From: an uncultured Candidatus Saccharibacteria bacterium
GTDB lineage: Bacteria > Patescibacteriota > Saccharimonadia > Saccharimonadales > EFPC-124
DNA length: 64,000 nucleotides
Direction of reading: 5' to 3'
Assembly (NCBI GenBank): GCA_964550035.1
Contig: CAZJVU010000001.1
Location: 147,990 to 211,989, forward strand
Below, piece by piece: positions 18,472 through 27,536 of this stretch (the stretch's first letter is position 1; the number at the start of each line of letters is the position of its first letter). A program made the translations under genes and the position numbers. A model generated the notes under the pieces. That model searched no databases and was not told where the DNA came from. It saw only the letters and a program-made list of their open reading frames with translations.

Positions 18472-19956
18472 ATGCGCAAAAACACACCAACTCGCAAACG
18501 CCCCCGCCGACGCTTGCTTTTTGCTTTAGTGGGTGTGGTGGTTGTCCTTATTGGGTTTCATTTCTGGCTGCATATCACAAATCCTTATGCAGGGTGGAAT
18601 ATCGTGCAACAGCCGTATACAACTTCGGTCGATGGCGATAAGATTACTGTTCATAAGCAGTTCGCGCTTCATACGTATAGCAGCCCGCCGGCTGAACTGC
18701 TCGGCTATTACAAGTCGGGCTTTCTGATTGTGCAGAATACGTTCTTCGGGAGTCGCCCAGCGCACTCGTCGTCCGTGGATGGGATTATTCGCGATATTCA
18801 TCAGTTGCGATTTGACTCCGGAAGGTCCTATCTTATTTCTGGCGATCAATTCAGCGTGCTGTATCCGCGCAACCTCGGCGTGTTCTACAACGACATCCTG
18901 AATCCAAGCACCGCGCTCGACCAGCAAGATTGGCAGAACAAGCAGCGCATCTACTTGCAGTCGGCGCTCTATGCGCTGGATGCGTTCTCGGCCGAGAAAC
19001 GCCTGACCACAACAGTTGTTCCTGTCGCGTCACATTCGGCTGTTTTGACCGAGGTACATCCTGGGTCGGTTCCGTCGGATAGTTTGTACGGTATACTGTA
19101 CGCGCTCGATGCTTTGCAGGACTCGGCAAAGCACTCGAACGCGACGTACAAGCTGCAGACCGTGGACGCAGCGCAGGCAATTATCCGCGAGCGGCAGAGC
19201 GATCTACGGCTGCTGCTCCAGAAGTATTTATCGCAGGTGCAAGATCCATCCACCGGTCTCGTAAAGTCTGGCATGCATCTAGCCAGTGCACGAGATGGCG
19301 TTGTCCGTGATCGGTCGTTTTACGACAATATTGTGCTGTGGAAGACGCTGCAGCTGGCCGACAAGCTTGGCGTCCAGAAAGCATCCGCCGGACAGCTCGA
19401 TAGTATGCACGACCGTATTCTCGATCTGTATTGGGATGACCAAGAGGGACATTTCAAGGACGACATGAGCACCCGAGCAATACATGCAAACTATTCGTCC
19501 GATTGGCTGCTGGCGCTCCCGACTGGATTTTTGAGCGTCGACAAACCTGCGGATCGTCCATACCTCCAGCGCAGCATTGATTTCATTCGCGCCCAGCATA
19601 TCGCCGACCCGTTTCCTATAAAGTACCAAGCGACAACCGATGTGCCCGAAGCGCCGTGGGCGGTGCGGACATTCGTGCCAAACTACGGCAGCAACGCCAT
19701 CTGGAGCTACTGGGGTGCGCAGTACATGACGCTGCTTGGCCAGCTGGCGCATGTCGTGCCCGATGCAGGATACCAGCAGGAACTCCAGCGTGACATCGAT
19801 ATGTATTCCGACAAAATACGGACATACCACGGATTTCCCGAGACGTTCACGCCAGATGGCCGATTCCTCGAGACGCCGGTGTATAAAAGCATTCGTCAGA
19901 CCGGATGGGTCGTCCAGTTCGAGTCGGCGCGAAAAGCTCTCGACAGCGTGAAGTAG
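18472..19956 (+). CDS. Hypothetical membrane-anchored protein, possibly an (alpha/alpha)6 glycosidase-like fold
   Basis: N-terminal anchor after MRKNTPTRKRPRRR. The aromatic-rich helical repeats are only suggestive, so the function call is weak. Confidence 0.5.
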   Translation: MRKNTPTRKRPRRRLLFALVGVVVVLIGFHFWLHITNPYAGWNIVQQPYTTSVDGDKITVHKQFALHTYSSPPAELLGYYKSGFLIVQNTFFGSRPAHSSSVDGIIRDIHQLRFDSGRSYLISGDQFSVLYPRNLGVFYNDILNPSTALDQQDWQNKQRIYLQSALYALDAFSAEKRLTTTVVPVASHSAVLTEVHPGSVPSDSLYGILYALDALQDSAKHSNATYKLQTVDAAQAIIRERQSDLRLLLQKYLSQVQDPSTGLVKSGMHLASARDGVVRDRSFYDNIVLWKTLQLADKLGVQKASAGQLDSMHDRILDLYWDDQEGHFKDDMSTRAIHANYSSDWLLALPTGFLSVDKPADRPYLQRSIDFIRAQHIADPFPIKYQATTDVPEAPWAVRTFVPNYGSNAIWSYWGAQYMTLLGQLAHVVPDAGYQQELQRDIDMYSDKIRTYHGFPETFTPDGRFLETPVYKSIRQTGWVVQFESARKALDSVK

Positions 19957-20043
19957 GAGCGGCGGTTGCAAAGGAGGAAATTTCTGGTACTATTTCTTTT
20001 TGTGGGCGCGTGGCAACACCTACAAGCGAGCCAGGAGGCTCAG

Positions 20044-20475
20044 ATGAACATTTCGACCGAAGACGTCGCCAAGGTCTACGAGCTTTTCAACGACGGCAAC
20101 ATCGAGGCGCTGGTGGAGAAGTTCGCGCCGGACGCCACCTACTGCCAGATCAACAGCGGCTTCGAGGCGCAGGAGCGCGGCCAGATCCGCGCCGCGCTGG
20201 ACTCCTGGCGGCAGTGCTTCACCGGCGCGCAGATCAAGAACGTCGAGGTCCTGGAGGCTCCGCACCTCGTGCACGTGGCCGAGGGCGCCGCCTGGTGCTT
20301 CCTCGTCAGCTTCCTCGGGGTCGGGCGGTACGACTTCACCATGCGCGGGTTCGACGAGATCGGGCCGGCGCACCGTCAGCGGGTCAACCTGCCGATCAGC
20401 GAGATCGTGTGGTTCGACGAGCACGGGCTGATCCGCAAGGTGGACAACGAGGTCCTGATGCAGGCCCTGCGCTGA
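20044..20475 (+). CDS. SnoaL/NTF2-like small protein (GC-rich cassette F)
   Basis: The ATG at 20044 follows AGGAGG. The N-terminus VAKVYELFNDGNIEALVEKFAPDATY is typical of SnoaL-like proteins. Third codon positions are GC-rich. Confidence 0.55.
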   Translation: MNISTEDVAKVYELFNDGNIEALVEKFAPDATYCQINSGFEAQERGQIRAALDSWRQCFTGAQIKNVEVLEAPHLVHVAEGAAWCFLVSFLGVGRYDFTMRGFDEIGPAHRQRVNLPISEIVWFDEHGLIRKVDNEVLMQALR

Positions 20476-20502
20476 ACTTCCAGCACCGCACGACTGCCTG
20501 AT

Positions 20503-20527
20503 TGCGTCAGCTGACCGAGCTGACGCA
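20503..20527 (+). terminator. GC-rich hairpin after cassette F
   Basis: TGCGTCAGC-N7-GCTGACGCA. Confidence 0.45.
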
Positions 20528-20609
20528 GACTACTACATCGAGTAAGGGACGACCGCCACGCGCCCCTCTACTCGAACTTATATAACAGAGGTGATACAAT
20601 AGGCTCTAT

Positions 20610-21419
20610 ATGCGATCATTAAACGGTTCAGATTTAGCTGGCTTTATCAAAGAGCGCCAAGCGCACCAGGTGCGTGGGCTTATTCAGGCGCACTATGTCA
20701 CGCCCAAGTTGGCGATTGTGCAGACCGTGCATACGCCGGTGATTGATGCGTACGTTCGCCTCAAGAAGGCGTATGGGGCAGATATCAACGTCGTCGTTGA
20801 GGCGCATGTCATTGAGCAGTCCGACGCGCTCGAGACGATCAAGCAGCTCAACGCCGATTCATCGGTGCACGGTATTATTGTGCAGTTGCCAGTCGCCGAC
20901 CCTGTGCAGACGGATGAGCTCGTAAATGCGGTTGACCCCGCCAAGGACGTGGATGGTCTCGGCCAGAATCCTGCCTTCGACCCAGCCACGCCGACAGCGG
21001 TGAACTGGTTGCTTGCTGGGTATAATGTCGAGCTACGGCACAAGAAGATTGTGATCGTTGGTCAAGGCCGCCTGGTTGGTGCACCACTGAAGCAATTGTT
21101 TGAAGAGTCGGGCTTGACTGTCGAAACGGCAGATATCACGACCGAGGACTTGGGCGCGCTGACTCGAACCGCCGATGTGCTTATCTCTGCGACCGGTCAA
21201 CCGGGGCTCATCAAGAGTGGCATGATCATGCCGAGTGCGGTTGTTGTTGACGCTGGTGTAGCAACCGATGCCGGCAAGATGGTTGGCGACCTCGCGGACG
21301 ATGTGCGCGAACGCAGCGATCTGACGATTACGCCACCAAAAGGTGGGGTCGGGCCGCTGACGGTGTGTGCACTGTTTGAGAATGTGATTGAGGCAGCACG
21401 GCGGGCTGCGAAGCAGTAA
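20610..21419 (+). CDS. folD: Bifunctional methylenetetrahydrofolate dehydrogenase/cyclohydrolase
   Basis: GIIVQLPV, DVDG and the GGVGPLTV signature, within 269 aa. Confidence 0.9.
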   Translation: MRSLNGSDLAGFIKERQAHQVRGLIQAHYVTPKLAIVQTVHTPVIDAYVRLKKAYGADINVVVEAHVIEQSDALETIKQLNADSSVHGIIVQLPVADPVQTDELVNAVDPAKDVDGLGQNPAFDPATPTAVNWLLAGYNVELRHKKIVIVGQGRLVGAPLKQLFEESGLTVETADITTEDLGALTRTADVLISATGQPGLIKSGMIMPSAVVVDAGVATDAGKMVGDLADDVRERSDLTITPPKGGVGPLTVCALFENVIEAARRAAKQ

Positions 21420-21445
21420 GGTTGAGGTTTTTTCTAGGGCACGGA

Positions 21446-21551
21446 CCGGCTTTTCACCCACCGTCCCTCCGAGCTTGGGGCAGATGAGCTTCGCTCGCCT
21501 GCCGCCAGGCTAGGTTTAACCGTCGGGACGGTGGAGGTGGGTGAGCGCCGG
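21446..21551 (+). repeat. GC-rich rod-like hairpin element, copy 1 (candidate structured RNA)
   Basis: Arms CCGGCTTTTCACCCAC / GTGGGTGAGCGCCGG close a 106-nt imperfect hairpin. A second copy at 30123..30232 on the opposite strand has identical arms and compensatory stem changes. Confidence 0.5.
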
Positions 21552-21624
21552 CCGGCGTAATACCAAGATTCCCTTTGCTAGCATGCCTGAGGGCTTTGCC
21601 CGAAGAAGAATGGGGTGGCAATCG

Positions 21625-21647
21625 GCGGGGCAGCACCCGCTTTTTTT
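21625..21647 (+). terminator. Intrinsic terminator downstream of element copy 1
   Basis: GCGGG-gcagca-CCCGC followed by TTTTTTT. Confidence 0.6.
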
Positions 21648-21710
21648 GTTGTACTAATAAAAAGAAGGGGCGGACCGACTGACAGGACCCCAGTCCATTA
21701 TCAAATAAGT

Positions 21711-22241
21711 TTATTGTCCGTCGCGAATGTCCGTCATACCAAGCTTATCCTCGAGATACACCACCGTCGGGAGTGCCAACAAGTGGAATTTGACAGTATA
21801 TGACGGTAGCTTATACCCAATCTCGGGGTTAATGCCGCGATCTGCCGCCTTGAGGTCGAAGCCTTTGTCGGCATATTTCTTCAGAAAGTCATCTTTATCG
21901 TCAAACAAGACAAGCTCAACATGCTCGAGCCCTTCTTTTGTTGGCGTGTTCGGCTTTGGCGCCGGAAGCTCTAACGCGTCAATACGCCAGCGGTCATACC
22001 GAACTGGTTCAGCAAGCCGGAATGTCGCAATTGGCCTGCCATTCACTTGGTTCTCGCCAATGAGCTTTCCGACAGTTGCGAGCTCTGCTTTTTTGGCCGC
22101 GTAATCTTCCGTGGACGATACGCGATAGCACATATGGTCCATCTGAGAGAAGTCATCCAGATCGAATCCGGCGTCTTCGATTTCGCTCACGATCTGCTTA
22201 AGAAAGGCGTTGTAGCCGCCAACGATTTGCTGGAGTTTCAT
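21711..22241 (-). CDS. yecM: YecM-like VOC-fold metal-binding protein
   Basis: DHMCYRV, NGRPIATFRLAEPV, EGLEHVELVL and VKFHLL line up with my recollection of E. coli YecM. Confidence 0.6.
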   Translation of the reverse strand: MKLQQIVGGYNAFLKQIVSEIEDAGFDLDDFSQMDHMCYRVSSTEDYAAKKAELATVGKLIGENQVNGRPIATFRLAEPVRYDRWRIDALELPAPKPNTPTKEGLEHVELVLFDDKDDFLKKYADKGFDLKAADRGINPEIGYKLPSYTVKFHLLALPTVVYLEDKLGMTDIRDGQ

Positions 22242-22243
22242 GA

Positions 22244-22618
22244 TTATTTGGAGGAAGCGAGCGCTTCTTTCACCCGCTCCGTCACCTGCCGCGGCGTCAG
22301 GTCGGCCTTCACGATATAGCTCAGTACGTTCAAATCTTCGAGTTCTTTCGGCGCTTCTTCGACGCCGACGTTGGTGAGAATGAGCACTGGGATGTTTTTG
22401 CCCCAGTTGTGCTTGCGGATTTGGGTGAGGGCTTCGGCGCCGTCCATTTCCGGCATTCGCAGGTCGAGGAGGATGATGTCTGGGCGCATCTTTTCGACCA
22501 GCTCAACGCCAAGCCGGCCGTTGGCGGCCATCTGAACTTCATAGCCTTCGGCTTCGAATTTCATACGGTACATCTGTGAGATAACGGCGTCGTCTTCGAC
22601 GATGGCAATTTTAGTCAT
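22244..22618 (-). CDS. Single-domain response regulator (CheY-like receiver)
   Basis: VEDD ... DIILLDLRMPEMDG ... IVKA receiver motifs, with no output domain. Confidence 0.8.
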   Translation of the reverse strand: MTKIAIVEDDAVISQMYRMKFEAEGYEVQMAANGRLGVELVEKMRPDIILLDLRMPEMDGAEALTQIRKHNWGKNIPVLILTNVGVEEAPKELEDLNVLSYIVKADLTPRQVTERVKEALASSK

Positions 22619-23744
22619 TGGTGGCTCCTAAGTCTTTGATTAGTTGTTCGATAATGTCCAAGCCTTCGCGGAGCTGTTCCATACTTGTCCCGTAACTGAG
22701 GCGAACGTATCCATGACGCGTTGAGAATGCACGGCCGGGCACGAGCAATACGTTGCGCTCCGCCGCCCGCTCTACAAACTCAAGGTCAGTCATGCCGAAC
22801 GGCGCCTGGAAGAACACATAGTATGCGCCCTGCGCGCCGTGCACGGCCAGCCCCATTTCGGTGAGGCGATGAGTGACAAGGTCGCGCTTGTCTTGGTATT
22901 TGTGGTAATTGGTTGTGGCTGGTTCGGTGATTGCGCTGATGGCAGCGTGTTGGGCGATCGAACTGCTGCTGAACACGACGTATTGTTGCAGCTGGTTGAT
23001 GGCGTCGATAACCTCTTGCGGTCCGGTAATGTAGCCGAGGCGCCAACCGGTCATGGCGTAGCCTTTGCTGAAGCCATTCATGGTGATAGTGTTCGGATAC
23101 ACGCTGCCCACGCTGAAGTGCTCACCTTCGTAGACAAAATGCTCGTATATTTCGTCGGATATCAGCCAGATGCCGTGTTTATCGGCGATGGCAGCGATGG
23201 CTAGCAGATCTTCTTTGGTGTAGACCGTGCCGGTCGGGTTGTTTGGCGTGTTGAGGATAATTGCGCGAGTGCGGTTGGTGATGCTGGCTTCGATAGCCGG
23301 AATGTCCGGGTGAAACGTCGGGAGTGTCAGCACGGTCATCGCTTCGGCGCCGGTGGCGGTGGCGAGCGCTTCATACGGCGGATAGGCTGGGTCCATGACG
23401 ATGATTTCGTCGCCAGGGTCAAGGATGGCCAGGTAGAGAAGCAATAGCCCGGTAGTGAGACCAGGGACAATCGTGACCTCGGCGGCATCGACATGCAGAT
23501 TGTTGCGATCGGCAAGCTTTTTGGCGATAGCTTCGCGGAGTTCTGGCAATCCATTGGCCGGAGTGTAGGTCGTATGATCGGCTTCGATTGCCCGGATTCC
23601 AGCCGCCTTAATATGCGCCGGCGTGAGCTCCTCCGGTACCCCAATACTGAGGTCGATTGGGTTCTCCAGCTGCTGCTGTCGGCGGAAGACTTCCTGGAAC
23701 TCAGAGCTGTCGAAATACTTGAGACGATCAGAAATATGTAGCAT
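22611..23744 (-). CDS. Class I/II PLP-dependent aminotransferase
   Basis: NGFSKGYAMTGWRLGY lysine motif, within 377 aa. Confidence 0.85.
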   Translation of the reverse strand: MLHISDRLKYFDSSEFQEVFRRQQQLENPIDLSIGVPEELTPAHIKAAGIRAIEADHTTYTPANGLPELREAIAKKLADRNNLHVDAAEVTIVPGLTTGLLLLYLAILDPGDEIIVMDPAYPPYEALATATGAEAMTVLTLPTFHPDIPAIEASITNRTRAIILNTPNNPTGTVYTKEDLLAIAAIADKHGIWLISDEIYEHFVYEGEHFSVGSVYPNTITMNGFSKGYAMTGWRLGYITGPQEVIDAINQLQQYVVFSSSSIAQHAAISAITEPATTNYHKYQDKRDLVTHRLTEMGLAVHGAQGAYYVFFQAPFGMTDLEFVERAAERNVLLVPGRAFSTRHGYVRLSYGTSMEQLREGLDIIEQLIKDLGATND

Positions 23745-23842
23745 AACTATAAATTTTATTGTACAATCTCAGTATACAGCATTAAGTACGCTGGGAAATA
23801 GCAACCCGACGGTTCTATTCCGAAAGTTTCAGAACCAGTATT

Positions 23843-25324
23843 ATGAACGCGCCAAGTTCCACCCAACTCACAAGTAGGTCTAGCGACTATTGGACTTCTG
23901 TGGGCGAAAAACGGGCCGTCCAACTCTTTCAGGCGGCCGCAAAACGGGTGCCAGCGTACAAAAAATTCCTCGCGGCGCATCGCATTAATCCGGCGCACAT
24001 AAAGACGGCAGACGACCTAAAGCGTGTGCCGTCTATTGATAAAGATAACTATTTGCGCAAGTATCCGCTGCATCAGCTGGCCTGGGACGGAGAGCTCCAC
24101 CAGGCGAGCATGGTGACCAGGAGCTCGGGTTCATCTGGTCAGCCGTTCTATTGGCCGAGCAGCGAGCAGCAGCGCGACGAGGTTGGACAGTTCTATGACC
24201 TCGTTTTTAGTCAGATGTTTGATATGCGGCGCAAGAACACGCTGGTGATCATTGCCTATGGTATGGGCAGCTGGGTGGCTGGGACGACAACGCTGCTGAG
24301 CTCGATCGGCTACATGGCGCAGCACCGCTGTACATTTGTGACGCCTGGTTACAACAAGAATGAAATCATCGAAATCTGCCAAAACCTCGGCCCGCAATAC
24401 GATCAAGTCGTGATCTGTGCGTACCCACCACTCATCAAAGAAATCATCGACCTCGGCCGCGAACAAGGCATACATTGGCCAAAGCTAAAGCCCAAGTTTA
24501 TCTTCGGCGCCGAAGCATTCAGCGAAGAGCTCCGCGACTACATGCTCGAGCAGGTCGGCAGCAAGAATCCGCTGCTCGACACCATGAACACCATCGGGTC
24601 GGCCGACGCCATGGTTATCGGTCACGAGACGCCGATTTCGATTGCGCTGCGCCGTATGATTCACGCCGACGAGGCAATGCAGGATGACATCCTCGGCCCA
24701 GCTCGTATGCCAACCGTGGCGCAGTACTATCCGTGGCAAAAATATCTGGAAGTGGTAAACGATGAGTTGCTCATCACAAGCGATGGCGCCATCCCGCTCA
24801 TCCGTTACAATATCCACGACACCGCAAAGGTATTTACGTACGATGAGCTCGACAAACTCGTACGAGCTCATGGCAAGACCGCTGCCGACGCCCTGCCGCA
24901 GCGCATGCAGGACGCGTACCGCTGGCGATTGCCGTTCGTGTTCCTGTACGGCAAGAGCACAAACGCAGTGAAGCTTTACGGAGCCAATGTGTACCCAGAA
25001 AACATCAAGGAAGCGCTGGAGCACAAGTCGGTTGCCGGATTGTTCACTGGCAAATTTCGCATGCAGGTGTATTTTGATAAGCACCATGACCAGCGATTCC
25101 GTCTCTATATCGAACTGGCGCCAGGCGTCACGCCGTCGCAGATCAAGCGGCGCGAACTCCAAATGGGGATTGTCAAAACGATCTGTGAGAATAATACTGA
25201 ATTCAAGTCATCGTACCACGGCACTGGGCTCAAGATGGTTCCGGCCCTCAGCCTTGTGCCATACGGAAGGTTCGATTTAACCGCTACCCAGCAGAATAAG
25301 CACAAATATGTCGAACAACCTTAG
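23843..25324 (+). CDS. Adenylate-forming enzyme, PaaK / F390-synthetase / GH3-like family
   Basis: TRSSGSSGQPFYWP P-loop-like motif and a C-terminal segment YGKSTNAVKLYGANVYPENI resembling PaaK-type ligases. Confidence 0.65.
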   Translation: MNAPSSTQLTSRSSDYWTSVGEKRAVQLFQAAAKRVPAYKKFLAAHRINPAHIKTADDLKRVPSIDKDNYLRKYPLHQLAWDGELHQASMVTRSSGSSGQPFYWPSSEQQRDEVGQFYDLVFSQMFDMRRKNTLVIIAYGMGSWVAGTTTLLSSIGYMAQHRCTFVTPGYNKNEIIEICQNLGPQYDQVVICAYPPLIKEIIDLGREQGIHWPKLKPKFIFGAEAFSEELRDYMLEQVGSKNPLLDTMNTIGSADAMVIGHETPISIALRRMIHADEAMQDDILGPARMPTVAQYYPWQKYLEVVNDELLITSDGAIPLIRYNIHDTAKVFTYDELDKLVRAHGKTAADALPQRMQDAYRWRLPFVFLYGKSTNAVKLYGANVYPENIKEALEHKSVAGLFTGKFRMQVYFDKHHDQRFRLYIELAPGVTPSQIKRRELQMGIVKTICENNTEFKSSYHGTGLKMVPALSLVPYGRFDLTATQQNKHKYVEQP

Positions 25325-26492
25325 TCACCTCTTACAAAACCAAACCTGGAAACAGCCTCGCCTGTTCGAAGTAGAGAACGAAACCGACCTTGCCGCCGTC
25401 ATGAAGCTGGTGGATGAGGGCAAAGTCACGCGCTTTTTTGACCGCATGGACCTGGCTGTTGATGAGCTCTACGATATCGAGTATCCGCACGAAAAGGACG
25501 TTCCGCGCGAGCAAAAGACTGCGCACAAAGATTTCGCCACTCGCTACGACTGGCCGCGTGGTGTGTTTGTATTTTTCCCATGGGATGATACGCTCATCCG
25601 TCTGCCGCGTAAGGCTGAGCTCCGCGCATTGCGGACCTCTCGCAACCGCAATCTCATCATGGCCGACGAGCAGAAGAAGCTCTACGGTGCGACGATTTTT
25701 GTGGCTGGTCTGAGCGTCGGCAGCAATATCGTTGAGGCGCTGGTGAGCATGGGTATCGGCGGAAAGTTTATTGTGGCCGACATGGACATCATCGAGCCGA
25801 GCAACCTCAACCGCATCCGTGCGCCGTACCGCGACGTGGGCACGCACAAGGCGGACGCCATCGCCATGCGCATGAACGAGATCGATCCGTATCTGGAGTT
25901 CGAGCTCTACCGCGATGGTATCGACGAGCAAAATACCGTGCAAATCCTGGACAAGCACAAGCCCGACATCATTATCGACGAAATGGACCAGCTGCAACTG
26001 AAGATCAAGATGCGCCGCGAAGCGCAAAAGCGCGGCATGGCCGTGCTGAGCGCTGCCGATGATGGTGACAGCGCGCTTCTGGATGTGGAGCGCTACGACC
26101 TCGAGCCAGACTACACGCCGTACCACGGATTGATTCCGGCTGATGTGCTGAGCTATCTGGAGACCGCGACGGGTATTCCGCGCCAGGCGCTGGGAGTGCT
26201 GATCGGCAAGTACTTTGTGGGTTCGCATAACATTCCGCTGCGTATGTTCAAGTCGCTCGCCGAAGTCAGCAAGACGCTGCCAAGCTGGCCACAGCTGGGT
26301 GGTGCCGCGACTCAGGCCGGCGTGGCGATTGCCTATTCTGCCCGCCGAATTATCTTGGGGCAACCGCTCAAGGCTGGTCGGTATATCATCGGTCCCGACC
26401 AAGTGCTCGATGGCGACGAACAAGACGAAGCGCACAAAGAAGAACTGGCGGAATTTCGCCGCCAGCTCGATGCGTTTGAATTTAAGCAGTAA
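25308..26492 (+). CDS. ThiF/MoeB/HesA-family E1-like adenylyltransferase with a roughly 125-aa N-terminal extension
   Basis: Rossmann motif IFVAGLSVGSNIVEAL, then ADMDIIEPSNLNR. It overlaps the upstream ligase gene by 17 nt. Confidence 0.7.
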   Translation: MSNNLSHLLQNQTWKQPRLFEVENETDLAAVMKLVDEGKVTRFFDRMDLAVDELYDIEYPHEKDVPREQKTAHKDFATRYDWPRGVFVFFPWDDTLIRLPRKAELRALRTSRNRNLIMADEQKKLYGATIFVAGLSVGSNIVEALVSMGIGGKFIVADMDIIEPSNLNRIRAPYRDVGTHKADAIAMRMNEIDPYLEFELYRDGIDEQNTVQILDKHKPDIIIDEMDQLQLKIKMRREAQKRGMAVLSAADDGDSALLDVERYDLEPDYTPYHGLIPADVLSYLETATGIPRQALGVLIGKYFVGSHNIPLRMFKSLAEVSKTLPSWPQLGGAATQAGVAIAYSARRIILGQPLKAGRYIIGPDQVLDGDEQDEAHKEELAEFRRQLDAFEFKQ

Positions 26493-27492
26493 CTTCACTG
26501 GCCAGGAGACGAGGGCAGCGTGGCATGGCTTTCGTGCTATGGCCGATGCGAATGAGCGCCAGGGGTTGCGTCTTCAACCCGAGGAGCTTTTTGAGTTCCT
26601 GGCGTGTTTCAGGGCTCTCCACGATCGAAGCGAGCGGCGCTGTGTCGAGTTTGTGCGAAGTTGCCTCTAGGCATAGCCGTTCAAAGACGCGCCCGCCCTC
26701 AAGCCAAGAGGCAGTATCGTCGCTAGCGCCGCTAATGACGGCAAGGAGCGGACTGCCGCTGATCTGTTTGGCGTCTTTTTTGGCCTGGTCTTTCTCGATT
26801 GGCGCTTTGGGGATAATGAATTTCGCGATGAGCGAAACCGGCAAGGGCATGCCTTGTACGCTCGCGGGCATGCCAGTGCTGTGAGTTGTCCAACTTGGGT
26901 GTACCCACTGAGCCAGTTCTTTTTTGAACTCGTCGTTCATGAGCTGGAGGTCGGCTTTCGAGGCCAAAGACGCGATCTGTTCGCGCACGTTGGCGTCGGT
27001 GACGAAGGTAGTGGTGATTCCTGCGCTGTTGAGGTTTTGGGCCGAGAAGCTCGAGGCATCGAGCACTTCGGGCTTATATACGCTACGGTTAGTCATCCGA
27101 CTGCGGAGGGTTTGGAACACCTGCTCGTCTGGTGTCGGCAATTGTGCAGGCCAGGTAAGCGTTACGAGCGCTGACGCCTCCGTCGAAGTCTTGTACCGGA
27201 CCTTTACGGTTGCCCCATAGGCGGTGGCGGCAGTGCAAATGTTCTCTATGGCCGCCCCAAGGCTCAACGTTGCCTGCCTGCCACTAGGGTCAGACGCAGG
27301 TAAGAGGCGGTCTGGATTCAATGAGATCTCAATGCTGTTTTGTGAGGGATGAATGGTGAATCGCCAAGGCTGTGTATTGTGGGCTGATGGCGCAAGGACT
27401 GCAAAAGAAATTAGATTTTGGAGTCGCTCCTCGGGTGTGGCGTTCCTGAGGTTGATGGTTTGAGCGCCCCAGGCTTTGTAGTTTGCTTTCAT
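26482..27492 (-). CDS. Nitroreductase-fold FMN protein, Acg-like (double-domain)
   Basis: APSAHNTQPWRF near the N-terminus, 336 aa. The 3' end overlaps the ThiF-like gene by 11 nt (convergent). Confidence 0.7.
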   Translation of the reverse strand: MKANYKAWGAQTINLRNATPEERLQNLISFAVLAPSAHNTQPWRFTIHPSQNSIEISLNPDRLLPASDPSGRQATLSLGAAIENICTAATAYGATVKVRYKTSTEASALVTLTWPAQLPTPDEQVFQTLRSRMTNRSVYKPEVLDASSFSAQNLNSAGITTTFVTDANVREQIASLASKADLQLMNDEFKKELAQWVHPSWTTHSTGMPASVQGMPLPVSLIAKFIIPKAPIEKDQAKKDAKQISGSPLLAVISGASDDTASWLEGGRVFERLCLEATSHKLDTAPLASIVESPETRQELKKLLGLKTQPLALIRIGHSTKAMPRCPRLLASEVTA

Positions 27493-27536
27493 TTCAGTTG
27501 TATCCTCACTATAATGGTGATAAAAGTAAAACCCTT

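Noticed and set aside
21446-21551. Element copy 1 as a ZTP or THF riboswitch regulating folD
   Set aside because: It lies downstream of folD, not upstream. No co-oriented gene follows it. The ZTP hallmark CCGCCTGGGC and the pseudoknot segment are not present (only a look-alike CCGCCAGGCT that sits in a helix).
21454-21636. 60-aa minus-strand ORF within element copy 1
   Set aside because: It has a GTG start with no SD and a Pro/Arg-rich product. It also coincides with conserved paired arms, so a structural element explains the sequence better.
25332-26498. 388-aa minus-strand ORF opposite the ThiF-like gene
   Set aside because: The plus strand carries clear ThiF Rossmann motifs. The antisense product is Arg/Leu/His-rich with no recognisable motif.
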